DNA of 64,000 nt from an uncultured delta proteobacterium (GTDB lineage: Bacteria; Desulfobacterota; BSN033; UBA1163), in contig CAWHBU010000003.1 in the NCBI GenBank assembly GCA_963827685.1, forward strand, positions 736,001 through 800,000, given 5' to 3'. The position numbers and the translations under genes are program-made. Under the pieces are notes generated by a model. That model did not search any database, was not told where the DNA came from, and worked only from the letters and a program-made list of their open reading frames with translations. Every line of letters begins with the position of its first letter. The first letter of the stretch is position 1. This document shows positions 28,561-38,275 of this stretch, one piece after another.

Positions 28561-29505
28561 CTACTTTTCACTTTCTATCTTTAAAGATGCCCCCAACAAA
28601 ATCCGTTCCACTAAGTCTTCAAATGGAATGCCGGCATAATTGGCCGCCATGGGCAAGAGACTCGTCTCCGTCATTCCAGGCATGGTGTTGACGTCAATTA
28701 CAAACGGATTTTCATCTTCATCGGTCATCAGATCGACTCTCGCTACACCTGAACAATCCAGCTCTTGAAAGGCTCTGAGGCTGATCTCTTGCGCATAGAG
28801 ATATTTTTCCCTTGGAATTCGAGCAGGGAGGATGTATTGCGTCTCACCCTTTGTATATTTAGAATAGTAATCGTAAAAACCGCTCTTGGGAGCGATCTCA
28901 ATGACGGGTAATGGGATATTTTCAAGAATGCCAACGGTGATCTCCCTGCCTTTCATAAATTCCTCGACCAATATCTCCTCATCGTATTCTCCTGCCTTCT
29001 TTAAGGCAGGGCCCAATTCTTCATCCTTCCGAACAATGGAAACGCCGATCGTAGATCCCTCTCTGGCCGGTTTGACCACCACTGGCAAAGGAAGGGAAAT
29101 TCTTTTAGGCAGATCTTTTTTTATCTCTTCTCGATGAAAAACCTCAAAGGGAGGAGTCGGAATCTTTTCACAAAGGAAGAACTTCTTGGACATGATTTTA
29201 TGCATGGCCAAAGCGCTCGCCAGAACTCCTGAGCCGGTATAAGGAATTCTCATCAACTCCAACATCCCCTGAATGGTTCCATCTTCTCCAAATCTTCCGT
29301 GAAGAGCCAAAAAGGCACATTCAATCTTTTCTTTGACCAATTTTTCCGCAATGCCGTCCCCAACATCGATGGGGATCACCGTATATCCCTTCTCAGTGAG
29401 AGCTTTCAGGATAGCCTTCCCCGTCTTCAGGGAGATCTCTCTCTCCTGCGAAAGACCCCCCATCATCACAGCGGTTTTCTTCTTCTTGAGCGATGGCTCT
29501 TTCAT
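28561..29505 (-). CDS. ddl: D-Ala-D-Ala ligase
   Basis: LHGRFGEDGTIQG, GSTIG, YDYYSKY, NTMPGMT. Confidence 0.96.
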   Translation of the reverse strand: MKEPSLKKKKTAVMMGGLSQEREISLKTGKAILKALTEKGYTVIPIDVGDGIAEKLVKEKIECAFLALHGRFGEDGTIQGMLELMRIPYTGSGVLASALAMHKIMSKKFFLCEKIPTPPFEVFHREEIKKDLPKRISLPLPVVVKPAREGSTIGVSIVRKDEELGPALKKAGEYDEEILVEEFMKGREITVGILENIPLPVIEIAPKSGFYDYYSKYTKGETQYILPARIPREKYLYAQEISLRAFQELDCSGVARVDLMTDEDENPFVIDVNTMPGMTETSLLPMAANYAGIPFEDLVERILLGASLKIESEK

Positions 29506-29545
29506 TTACTTACCGCCAAATCCCCACAGTCTTTATTCCGCAATC

Positions 29546-29564
29546 CCTGCCCCGCATTGCGGGG
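29546..29564. mobile_element. 19-nt CCTG-hairpin micro-element (family II) inside a heptamer array
   Basis: Removing cctgccccgcattgcgggg restores ttccgca atccgaa attcgaa. Confidence 0.65.
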
Positions 29565-29575
29565 CGAAATTCGAA

Positions 29576-30481
29576 TTACTGTTCACCCACCACCTTCACC
29601 TCCCTTTCAAGGGAGATGCCCTTTTCTTCGTAGACTTTCTTTTCTACAAACTCCATCAAACGGACCACCTCTTCAGCCTTGGCCCTCCCCAGATTGATGA
29701 TGAAATTGGCATGGCGCTCTGAAATCATCGCCTGACCTATCCGAAACCCTTTCAGCCCAGCTTCTTCGATCCATTTTCCGGCTGGGCCTTCTTGGGGGTT
29801 TTTGAAAATGGACCCGGCACTGGGATAATCTAAAGGTTGCTTTCTCTTTCTCATCTCCGAATAAGATTTCACCCTTTCAAGAATTTCTTCTTTCTTTCCC
29901 TTCTTCAACTGAAACCTACCCTTGAGAATAATCCAAGAAGAAGGAATGACCAGTCCTCGATAAGAAAATCGAAGCCTCGAACGGGACCTCTCCACGATTT
30001 CTCCATCTTCCCTCATCAACGTCACGGAAAGTAGGACATCCTTCAATTCGGCACCCCAGGCTCCGGCATTCATCGCCACTCCCCCTCCTACGGTTCCAGG
30101 GATGCCGGAAAAGGGCTCGAGCCCTGTCAGCCCCTTCTGAATGGAGAATTGAACCAGTCGTTGAAGGGAGAGACCTGCCTCTGCTTCCACGATCTCTCCA
30201 TCGATCCCGATTTTTTTCATCCCTTGAGTCAGATTGATTACCCATCCCCGTACTCCTTTATCCCTCACAACAAGATTGGTTCCTTTTCCTAAAATCAAAA
30301 AAGGAATTCTTTTTCTCCTGGCACATCGAATCACCTTTCCTAATTCATTCACACCCTTCGGGAAGAAAAGACAATCTGCAGGCCCTCCCACTTTCATCGA
30401 CGTAAACTGCTTCATCGGTACATCGAAAAGAACCCTTCCCTTGATCAGACCCGACGCCCATTTTCTGTAGTCCCTTTGCAT
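29576..30481 (-). CDS. murB: UDP-N-acetylenolpyruvoylglucosamine reductase
   Basis: GIPGTVGG, MNAGAWG, SAGSIFKNP, HANFIIN. Confidence 0.96.
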   Translation of the reverse strand: MQRDYRKWASGLIKGRVLFDVPMKQFTSMKVGGPADCLFFPKGVNELGKVIRCARRKRIPFLILGKGTNLVVRDKGVRGWVINLTQGMKKIGIDGEIVEAEAGLSLQRLVQFSIQKGLTGLEPFSGIPGTVGGGVAMNAGAWGAELKDVLLSVTLMREDGEIVERSRSRLRFSYRGLVIPSSWIILKGRFQLKKGKKEEILERVKSYSEMRKRKQPLDYPSAGSIFKNPQEGPAGKWIEEAGLKGFRIGQAMISERHANFIINLGRAKAEEVVRLMEFVEKKVYEEKGISLEREVKVVGEQ

Positions 30482-30494
30482 CCGCTTCGCGTCT

Positions 30495-30569
30495 GAGTTC
30501 GGAGTTAGGAGTTTTGAGTTCGGAGTTTCTACACATTTCTCCGAACTCCGAACTAATTACTCCGAACTT
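30495..30569. repeat. Inverted heptamer arrays (GAGTTCG / CTCCGAA)
   Basis: gagttcg gagttag gagtttt gagttcg gagtt ... ctccgaa ctccgaa ctaatta ctccgaa. Confidence 0.9.
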
Positions 30570-31943
30570 TCAGTTCAGTCTGCTCACCAACTCCTCTGAA
30601 ACCTGCCAGACATCTCCTGCTCCCAGGGTGATGACCAAATCACCCGGAGAAACAATACGGAGGAGATGCTCAATGATCTCCTCTTTATCTGTTAAATAAG
30701 TGACATCCTTATGGCCATATTCCCGTATCCCCTCGAAAAGGGCTTTCGATTCCACGCCTTCTATGCGATCTTCTCCTGCCGGATAGATATCGGTAAGGAT
30801 GAGGACATCGGCGTCATAAAAAGCAGTGAGAAAATCTTTGAACAGGGCTTGCGTTCTCGTATAGCGATGAGGTTGAAATACCGCGATGATCCTTTTTCCC
30901 CAACCGGTCCGTGCCGCCTTGAGCGTGGCCATAATCTCCACAGGATGATGGCCATAATCATCCACAATGAGAATCCCTTTCTTCTCTCCTTTGATTTGAA
31001 ACCGTCTCTGAATCCCGCTGAAATCGCGCAGCGTTTCTTGGACGACCTGGAAGGGAATATCCAGTTCAAAAGCGGTGGCTAAAGTGGCTAAGGCATTGTA
31101 GACATTATGGAGTCCAGGCATCCGGAGGCTTAATTTGCCTATTTCCTGGCGTTGGTGGATGACATCAAAAGAGGTTGAGAGCCCTTCGAATACAATCTCT
31201 TTCGCTTGAAAGTCCGCTTGCGTGGTCAACCCGTAAGTGGTAAACCGCTTCTTCAATCTCGGAAGAAGACTCTGAATGTTCGGATGATCGAGGCAGAGTA
31301 CGGCCAAGCCGAAAAATGGAATCTTGTTCAAAAAACAGAGGAAGGTCTCTTTGATCTCGTCGATGTCTTTATAATAATCAAGATGTTCTGGGTCGATGTT
31401 GGTCACCACGGCAATGGTGGGCATCAGTTTGAGAAATGAGCCGTCGCTCTCGTCGGCTTCGGCCACCAAGAACTCACCCTGCCCAAGCCTCGCATTGCTT
31501 CCGATACTGTTGAGCCTCCCGCCGATCACCACCGTAGGATCAAGACCACCCGCCGCCAGGACGGTAGAAATGAGGGAGGTGGTCGTGGTCTTCCCATGAG
31601 TTCCCGCGATGGCAATCCCGACCTTCATTCGCATCAACTCTGCCAGCATCTCTGCCCTCGGGATGACAGGGATGAGCCTCTCTTCCGCAGCTTCGACTTC
31701 AGGGTTTCCTTGCCGAACGGCTGAGGAGATGACCACCACGTCCGCTTCTTTCAAATTCTCCTTTCGGTGACCGTAGGAGATTTCGCAGCCCAAAGACCGG
31801 AGTCTTCGGGTCACCTCTGTCTCCTTGACATCGGAACCGCTGATATGGTAGCCGAGGTTAAACAACACCTCGGCAATCCCGCTCATGCCAATCCCGCCGA
31901 TGCCTACAAAATGGATATGCTGGATCTTTCCTCTTCGATACAT
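30570..31943 (-). CDS. murC: UDP-MurNAc-L-Ala ligase
   Basis: [38 protein letters not shown]. Confidence 0.97.
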   Translation of the reverse strand: MYRRGKIQHIHFVGIGGIGMSGIAEVLFNLGYHISGSDVKETEVTRRLRSLGCEISYGHRKENLKEADVVVISSAVRQGNPEVEAAEERLIPVIPRAEMLAELMRMKVGIAIAGTHGKTTTTSLISTVLAAGGLDPTVVIGGRLNSIGSNARLGQGEFLVAEADESDGSFLKLMPTIAVVTNIDPEHLDYYKDIDEIKETFLCFLNKIPFFGLAVLCLDHPNIQSLLPRLKKRFTTYGLTTQADFQAKEIVFEGLSTSFDVIHQRQEIGKLSLRMPGLHNVYNALATLATAFELDIPFQVVQETLRDFSGIQRRFQIKGEKKGILIVDDYGHHPVEIMATLKAARTGWGKRIIAVFQPHRYTRTQALFKDFLTAFYDADVLILTDIYPAGEDRIEGVESKALFEGIREYGHKDVTYLTDKEEIIEHLLRIVSPGDLVITLGAGDVWQVSEELVSRLN

Positions 31944-31946
31944 CTC

Positions 31947-32024
31947 AGTTTCTTGTGTTCTCAGTTCATTGAGTTCGTTGAATTAACCCAATAAACTCAA
32001 TAGACCCCATGAACTCAAAGAACC
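31947..32024. repeat. Inverted 9-mer arrays overlapping the murG 3' end
   Basis: agttcattg agttcgttg aatt aacccaata aactcaata gaccccatg aactcaaag. Confidence 0.78.
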
Positions 32025-33119
32025 ATTTTTTTCTTTTCCAACCAAAGCATAACAATGATCTACGATTTCTTCCGCTGCTCTGGGTTTGCCCAACCGTTGG
32101 ATCGCCTCCTCCATCTTGGCACACTCCTCCGGATGGTTGTAAAGGTGGAGGATGGTCCGGGCCATGATGTCTCCTTTTAATTCTTGATCCAAAACCATTC
32201 TTGCTGCACCCAGATCGACTAATTTCTTGGCATTGATCAATTGATGATCATGAGCTGCATAAGGATAAGGGATGAGGAGAGCAGCCTTTCCGCAAACCGC
32301 CAGCTCAGCCACGGTGCTTGCTCCTGACCTGCAGATGACCAGATCTGACATCTGGTAGTAGGTGGCAAGGTCTTCAATGAAAGGCTTGACCAATGCCTCA
32401 AACCCTTTTTCTCGATACTCTTTTGATACAAAATCGAGATCTTCTTTTCCTGTTTGATGAATGATCTTCAAGGTGGATCTTATTCCCCGAAGGTGGTCCA
32501 GAGCTTCCATCATCGCTTGATTGATCCGGTGAGACCCTGCACTTCCACCAAAGATGAGGAGGGTAAATCGATCCTTTTGCTTCAGCGTTCCGTTGCCTTT
32601 CTGCAGAGTAGCAAAGAATTCTTTCCTGATCGGGTTTCCGGTCACAACGGTCTTTTCTTCAGGGAAGTATTTCTTCGCCTCTCCGAAGGAGACGAAGATC
32701 CGTTGGCTGAACCACTTTAGCATGCGATTTGTCATTCCAGGCATCACGTTCTGCTCCTGGATAGCCCTTTTCATTCCGAGAAGAAATGCGGCCAGAAGAG
32801 TCGGTCCGGAGGCATATCCTCCCACGCCCAATACGAGTTGGGGTTGAAACTCTTTTAAGATCGAACAAGCTTCGGAAACGGCCATCGGTAAGCTCCAGAT
32901 GGCCTTACCCTTCTCCAGCAGGGATTTCCCCTGAATGGGTTTGGCTTTAATGGTTCTCAGAGGAAATTTTCCCCCTGGTAAAACCTTGGATTCGATCCCT
33001 CTTTCCGTTCCAATAAATAGAACTTCATTCTCTTTATCTCTTCCAACGAAGGCCTCCGCAATCGCTATGCCTGGAAAAAGATGACCTCCTGTGCCTCCTC
33101 CGGCAATCACACACCTCAT
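31983..33119 (-). CDS. murG: GlcNAc transferase MurG
   Basis: GGGTGGH, GGY, GNPIR, GGSAG, HQ; ATG overlaps the ftsW stop. Confidence 0.95.
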   Translation of the reverse strand: MRCVIAGGGTGGHLFPGIAIAEAFVGRDKENEVLFIGTERGIESKVLPGGKFPLRTIKAKPIQGKSLLEKGKAIWSLPMAVSEACSILKEFQPQLVLGVGGYASGPTLLAAFLLGMKRAIQEQNVMPGMTNRMLKWFSQRIFVSFGEAKKYFPEEKTVVTGNPIRKEFFATLQKGNGTLKQKDRFTLLIFGGSAGSHRINQAMMEALDHLRGIRSTLKIIHQTGKEDLDFVSKEYREKGFEALVKPFIEDLATYYQMSDLVICRSGASTVAELAVCGKAALLIPYPYAAHDHQLINAKKLVDLGAARMVLDQELKGDIMARTILHLYNHPEECAKMEEAIQRLGKPRAAEEIVDHCYALVGKEKNGSLSSWGLLSLLG

Positions 33120-34216
33120 CGTCGTTCCGCATGGGTCGAAAGGTGAAGGAGTATCCCCACCCCAATTAAATTGACGATCAATGATGTCCCCCCATAACTG
33201 ACGAAAGGGAGAGTCAGCCCTTTTGTGGGAAGAAGTCCTAAAACCACTCCCATATTGATCACGGCTTGAAGGGAGATCATCAGCGTGATCCCCAATGCCA
33301 AATAGGCACCAAACCGATCCTCGAGGGAAAGTCCGATCTGGATCCCTCTGAGGGTAAGAATGAAGAAGAGGAGCACGACGACCATCGCACCCACCAAGCC
33401 TAACTCCTCTCCGATGATAGAAAAGATGAAGTCCGTGTGGGGTGCCGGAAGGAAGAAGAGTTTCTGTCTTCCTTCCCCCAATCCTAATCCGAAGAAACCT
33501 CCGGAGCCAAAGGAGAGGAATGATTGAATAATTTGGAAGCTCGTGCCACTGGGATCTTCCCAAGGCCGGATGAAACTCATCAACCTTTTATGACGATATC
33601 CCACATTCATCAAAAAAGTGTAAGCCACTGGAATGGCAATCGAAAAAGCGCCCACAATATAAATCACCCTGGCGCCGCTGACGAAGAGAAGGAGAAAGAC
33701 CATCGCTGTGAGGAAGAAGGCTGCCCCAAAATCGGGTTCTTTCATCACCAAGGCGATGACGAGACCAGAGAGGAGAACCGGGGGGAGAAATCCAAACGAG
33801 AAACTCCGAATCTTCTCCTCCTTCTTAGCTAAAAGGTAGGCAAGAAAGATAACCAGACCCAGCTTGGCAAACTCCGAGGGTTGAAAGGAGAGAGACTGGA
33901 TTTTCAACCAGCGCATGGCTCCGCCGGACCGGTGCCCGATCCCCGGAATCAACACACCAATCAAGAAAAGAACGGAAAGGACGAGAATGGGATAGGCAAA
34001 CCGCTTCAGATTTTCGTAAGGGAACAACATCGCGAGGATCATCAGAACGAAACCGATGGCGGCATAGAGGGCCTGCCGTCTTAGAAAGTAGTAGGGGTCT
34101 CCAAAACGATCGCCGGCGATGATCGCACTGGTGCTGTAGACCATCACAATCCCAATCGCCACTAAGGCAAGGGCTGCACCCAACAGAATAATGTCAAGCC
34201 TTCTCTTACCCTTCAT
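33116..34216 (-). CDS. ftsW: SEDS peptidoglycan polymerase FtsW
   Basis: QPSEFAK, HTDFIF, GLTLPFVSYGG. Confidence 0.96.
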   Translation of the reverse strand: MKGKRRLDIILLGAALALVAIGIVMVYSTSAIIAGDRFGDPYYFLRRQALYAAIGFVLMILAMLFPYENLKRFAYPILVLSVLFLIGVLIPGIGHRSGGAMRWLKIQSLSFQPSEFAKLGLVIFLAYLLAKKEEKIRSFSFGFLPPVLLSGLVIALVMKEPDFGAAFFLTAMVFLLLFVSGARVIYIVGAFSIAIPVAYTFLMNVGYRHKRLMSFIRPWEDPSGTSFQIIQSFLSFGSGGFFGLGLGEGRQKLFFLPAPHTDFIFSIIGEELGLVGAMVVVLLFFILTLRGIQIGLSLEDRFGAYLALGITLMISLQAVINMGVVLGLLPTKGLTLPFVSYGGTSLIVNLIGVGILLHLSTHAERR

Positions 34217-34222
34217 ATTTTA

Positions 34223-34303
34223 AGTTCGGAGTTCGGAGTTAGAAGTTTGGAGTTTCGATCTATAACAAGGCTCCGAACTAATTACTCCGAACTATTCACT
34301 CCG
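34223..34303. repeat. Inverted heptamer arrays, same family as 30495-30569
   Basis: agttcgg agttcgg agttaga agtttgg ... ctccgaa ctaatta ctccgaa ctattca ctccg. Confidence 0.9.
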
Positions 34304-34307
34304 CCTT

Positions 34308-35651
34308 TCAAAGGCGGTGGACGGCTTCCTTAAATACCTTTCCTCTCTCCTTATAATCTTTGAACATATCGAAACTCGAACAGGCTGGCGAGAGGAGGAC
34401 CACCTCTCCTGCTTTTGCTTTCTGATGGGCGAGAAGCACCGCTTCTTCCATGGTCTTCGCCATGACCGTATCGGTCAGCCCTCCGAGCTTGCGGTTCATT
34501 CTTGCTTTCGCCTCTCCGATCAGGATCAGATGTTTGACCCGTTTCTGAATCAATTCTTCGAGGGGGCTTAAATCCCCGTTCTTGTCTTTCCCTCCTGCAA
34601 TTAAGGTCACGGGTTCTGAAAAACTTTGGAGAGATTTGACCACCGAGCCTACGTTCGTTCCCTTGGAGTCATTATAGAAACGAACCCCTCCAATCTCCCG
34701 GACAAATTCGACACGATGCTCAAGACCTTTAAACCGACTGAGGACGGCCTGGATCGCTTTCTTTGAGCAACCAAAGCTTCTTGCCGTGGCAAGGGCTGCC
34801 ATCATATTTTCCACATTGTGGACCCCTTTCAAGGGGGCCTTGGCTAAGGAATATTCTTCTCCCTTCCCTCCAAGTCTAAGGGAGATCGTCTGGCCATTGA
34901 AAAAAGCGCCTTCGTCAAGCTTTTCATTCAAACTGAAAAAAACTTTTTTCGCTTTCACCTTCTCGTCGAACTGCATCACGATGGGATCATCTCTGTTAAG
35001 AACAGCCAGATCCCCGGAATTCTGATTCGCAAAAATCCTTACCTTTGCCTCGATATACTCACCGTAACTGGGATACCGATCCAGATGATCCTCGGTAATA
35101 TTTAGCAGAACAGAGATTCGCGGCTGAAAATCTTCAATAGCCTCCAACTGGAAACTGGAAATCTCAACGACCAATACTTCCCATCGGCCTCTTCCATTTG
35201 CAAAAAGGATCAATGGCTCTCCGACATTCCCTCCCACCCCGACTTTTCTTCCATCCTCCTTCAGCATCTCACCAATGAGCAGGGTGGTGGTTGTCTTCCC
35301 ATTAGTTCCTGTTACCGCAATGATCGGGGCACGGATAAAATGCCAGGCTAACTCAATTTCACTGATCACCCGAACTCCATGCTGGATGGCTTTCTGGATG
35401 GGATCGATGCTCAGGTCCACACCAGGGCTCACCACAATGATATCCTGTCTGAGAAAGGTCTCTGTCTGATGACCACCCCATTCTGTCGAGAGTTCCATGC
35501 CTTTCAATTCCTGAACAGCCTCCTCCATCTCCCCTTCCGGCTTCACCTCCGTAGTGGTCACCAGAGAACCTTTTGCCTTAAGGAATTTTGCTGTGGCGAT
35601 TCCTGTTCGAGCCATGCCCACCACCAATATCTTCTTGCCGACAAGATCCAT
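34308..35651 (-). CDS. murD: UDP-MurNAc-Ala:D-Glu ligase
   Basis: TGTNGKTTT, GGNVG, EISSFQL, NDSKGTN, SPACSSFD. Confidence 0.96.
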   Translation of the reverse strand: MDLVGKKILVVGMARTGIATAKFLKAKGSLVTTTEVKPEGEMEEAVQELKGMELSTEWGGHQTETFLRQDIIVVSPGVDLSIDPIQKAIQHGVRVISEIELAWHFIRAPIIAVTGTNGKTTTTLLIGEMLKEDGRKVGVGGNVGEPLILFANGRGRWEVLVVEISSFQLEAIEDFQPRISVLLNITEDHLDRYPSYGEYIEAKVRIFANQNSGDLAVLNRDDPIVMQFDEKVKAKKVFFSLNEKLDEGAFFNGQTISLRLGGKGEEYSLAKAPLKGVHNVENMMAALATARSFGCSKKAIQAVLSRFKGLEHRVEFVREIGGVRFYNDSKGTNVGSVVKSLQSFSEPVTLIAGGKDKNGDLSPLEELIQKRVKHLILIGEAKARMNRKLGGLTDTVMAKTMEEAVLLAHQKAKAGEVVLLSPACSSFDMFKDYKERGKVFKEAVHRL

Positions 35652-35673
35652 AAATATCGTTTTCCGTGTCCGT

Positions 35674-35744
35674 GCCTGCACGCCGTAGTGCAGCGTTTCG
35701 CCTGCCTGCGCGAAGCAGCTTCGGCGAAGGCAGGGTACGCAGGC
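35674..35744. mobile_element. Family I micro-element carrying a 34-nt family II element (35701-35734)
   Basis: Removing cctgcctgcgcgaagcagcttcggcgaaggcagg gives a 37-nt element matching 23094-23131. Confidence 0.75.
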
Positions 35745-35761
35745 GTGTCTCGTGTCCGTAA

Positions 35762-35794
35762 ATTCTTAACTCAAAACTCAAAATTCTTAATTCG
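35762..35794. repeat. Single-arm heptamer array (AAYTCWW)
   Basis: aattctt aactcaa aactcaa aattctt aattc. Confidence 0.75.
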
Positions 35795-36871
35795 TTACCT
35801 TATCTTCAATGTGCTGATTGCGATCAGCCCAAGAATAATGCCAATGATCCAGAATCGGACAATGATCTTCGGTTCAGCCCAGCCCTTCAATTCAAAATGG
35901 TGGTGAATCGGCGCCATTCTGAAGACCCGTTTCTTGCGAACCTGATAAGAGACGACCTGGATGATAACGGAAAGTGTCTCGATCACAAAAATCCCGCCCA
36001 CAATGACTAAGAGAAACTCCTGTTTTGTGATCACAGCAATCGTTCCCAGGGCTGCCCCAAGGGATAGAGAACCCACATCACCCATAAAGACCTGAGCTGG
36101 ATAGGTGTTGAACCAGAGAAACCCCAGACCGGAACCGACCAGAGCCCCGCATAAGACAGTCAATTCTCCGCTTCCTTTGACAAAAGGAATCTGGAGATAG
36201 CTGGCGAATTTGAAATTTCCCGCAAGATAGCAGAAGAGCATAAAGGTGGCGCTGGCAATGAGAACGGGGCCGATGGCCAACCCATCCAACCCGTCGGTCA
36301 GGTTGACCGCATTGGCCGAACCCACGATGACGAACATACTAAAGAGAATGTACCATTCCCCAAGGTCCGGCGTCACCTTTTTAAAAAACGGAAAGATCAA
36401 CCTGGAATCGTGGTCAATCGTGTTGAACAGGACGAAGCTGACGACAAGTCCTATGGCTATCTGAATAGGAAACTTATATCGAGCCCGAATGCCGATGCCT
36501 TTCTTATCCCTGAGCTTCTTATAGTCATCCCAAAACCCGAGGAGGCCGAACGCCAAGATGGTCAACAGAACAATCCAGACATAGGGATTGGTCAGGTCGG
36601 ACCAGAAAAAGGTTGGGATGAGGATGCCAGCCAGGATGAGGCTTCCTCCCATTGTGGGAGTCCCGTTCTTGACCATGTGTCGGGAGGGAACATCCTTCCT
36701 CACCACCTGTTGGATCTGAAAGGCCCTCAACTTTTTGATCAACCAAGGCCCGATGATGAAACTGATGAGAAGAGCGGTCAGAATCGAATAGATGGTCCGA
36801 AAAGTGATATAACGGAAAACATTAAAGAAGGAAAACAACTCATGAAGAGGATAAAGGAGATGATATAACAT
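35795..36871 (-). CDS. mraY: Phospho-MurNAc-pentapeptide transferase
   Basis: [34 protein letters not shown]. Confidence 0.97.
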   Translation of the reverse strand: MLYHLLYPLHELFSFFNVFRYITFRTIYSILTALLISFIIGPWLIKKLRAFQIQQVVRKDVPSRHMVKNGTPTMGGSLILAGILIPTFFWSDLTNPYVWIVLLTILAFGLLGFWDDYKKLRDKKGIGIRARYKFPIQIAIGLVVSFVLFNTIDHDSRLIFPFFKKVTPDLGEWYILFSMFVIVGSANAVNLTDGLDGLAIGPVLIASATFMLFCYLAGNFKFASYLQIPFVKGSGELTVLCGALVGSGLGFLWFNTYPAQVFMGDVGSLSLGAALGTIAVITKQEFLLVIVGGIFVIETLSVIIQVVSYQVRKKRVFRMAPIHHHFELKGWAEPKIIVRFWIIGIILGLIAISTLKIR

Positions 36872-36874
36872 TCT

Positions 36875-38275
36875 TTAGGCCCTCCCTCCTGCCAAACCCT
36901 CTACAATCTTCTCCATGGCCATCCCCCTTGAACCCTTGACCAATATCCAGTCCCCGTTCTGGATCGTCTGCCTTAAGAGGGAGATCGTCTCTGAATGATT
37001 CTCCACGATCCTTGCCTTCTCCATCGGAAACCCATGACGAATCGCTGACTCAATGACCACGGGCGCTTTCTCTCCCATGGCGAGAAGGAAGTCGATCGAG
37101 AGTTCGCTCACCTTTTGTCCTATTCGTTGATGGGCTTCCTCTGTAAAATTTCCGAGTTCTAACATATCGCCCAGCACAGCGATGGCCCTTCCCTTTCCTT
37201 TCGCCTCGACCAGGGTCTCCAAGGCAAGCTCCATCGAGGAAGGGTTGGCGTTGTAGGCATCGTTGATCAGGGTTCCTCCTCCTTCGAGAGGAACGATTTC
37301 CATCCTCATGGGGAAGGGTTGGAAATTCTCCAACGCCTCCTTTGCCCGGTTCACCTCCACTCCAAAGAGACACGCTACCGCTATGGCAGAGAGAGCATTC
37401 GGAACGAAATGTCTTCCCAATAACCGAAGAGGAATCTCCATCGCTTCCCCTTCCAAGATCAACGTGAAAGAGGTTCCTCCGGCTCCATGAAGTCGGATCT
37501 CTTTGGCCATGATGTCTGCAGGATGTTTGATCCCAAAGGTAATCTTTTGGCCAGGGTATCGACTCGCCAGATCCACGACCCGGGGATCATCCTGATTCAC
37601 CAATATCGTTCCATCCCTCCTCATCCCCCGGAAGAGCTCTCCCTTCTCCTCTTTTAATCTCTCCAGACTTCCCATGCCTTCGAGATGGACCATTTGGATA
37701 TTGGTAATTAGTCCTACATCGGGCTCTGAAATCTCGGTCAGCCTTCGGATTTCACCCGGCACATTCATCCCCATCTCGAGAACCACCACTCTTTCTTTCT
37801 CGGTGAGCGTAAGGAGGGTAAGAGGAACCCCAATGAGGTTGTTTAAATTCCCTTTGGTCTTGAGAATGGGGAAGTTCGTCTCAAGGCACGCAGCGATCAT
37901 CTCTTTTGTCGTGGTCTTACCGTTGCTCCCGGTCAAGGCCACCATCGGAGTCCCGTATTTGCGCCTCCAATCCCGGGCAATGTCTCCTAAAGCGGAGAGC
38001 GTGTCCTTCACAGTGATCACCGCTCTGGATCGATAACCATTCCACCGAATGTCTCCGACCTTATCCTCTTCGATCAACACTCCTCCTGCCTTTTTCTTAA
38101 GTGCCTCTGCAGCATAATAATGGCCATCAAAGCGAGCCCCCTTCAGGGCGATAAAAAGCTCCCCTTCAGCTACCGTTCTTGAATCCGTGGAGATCCCCTG
38201 AAAGAAGGCATTGCCCTTCCCCTGGAGGAGTTTCCCTCCGGTGGCCTTCAGAACCTCTTCAAGAGTTAGGATCAC
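36875..38275 (-). CDS. murF: MurF ligase
   Basis: TGSNGKTTTKE, NNLIG, EMGM, DAYNANP, KGSRG. Confidence 0.96.
   Translation of the reverse strand: MILTLEEVLKATGGKLLQGKGNAFFQGISTDSRTVAEGELFIALKGARFDGHYYAAEALKKKAGGVLIEEDKVGDIRWNGYRSRAVITVKDTLSALGDIARDWRRKYGTPMVALTGSNGKTTTKEMIAACLETNFPILKTKGNLNNLIGVPLTLLTLTEKERVVVLEMGMNVPGEIRRLTEISEPDVGLITNIQMVHLEGMGSLERLKEEKGELFRGMRRDGTILVNQDDPRVVDLASRYPGQKITFGIKHPADIMAKEIRLHGAGGTSFTLILEGEAMEIPLRLLGRHFVPNALSAIAVACLFGVEVNRAKEALENFQPFPMRMEIVPLEGGGTLINDAYNANPSSMELALETLVEAKGKGRAIAVLGDMLELGNFTEEAHQRIGQKVSELSIDFLLAMGEKAPVVIESAIRHGFPMEKARIVENHSETISLLRQTIQNGDWILVKGSRGMAMEKIVEGLAGGRA

Noticed and set aside
33120-33563. N-terminal extension of MurG in the ORF track
   Set aside because: It overlaps ftsW in another frame; MurG homology starts at ATG 33119.
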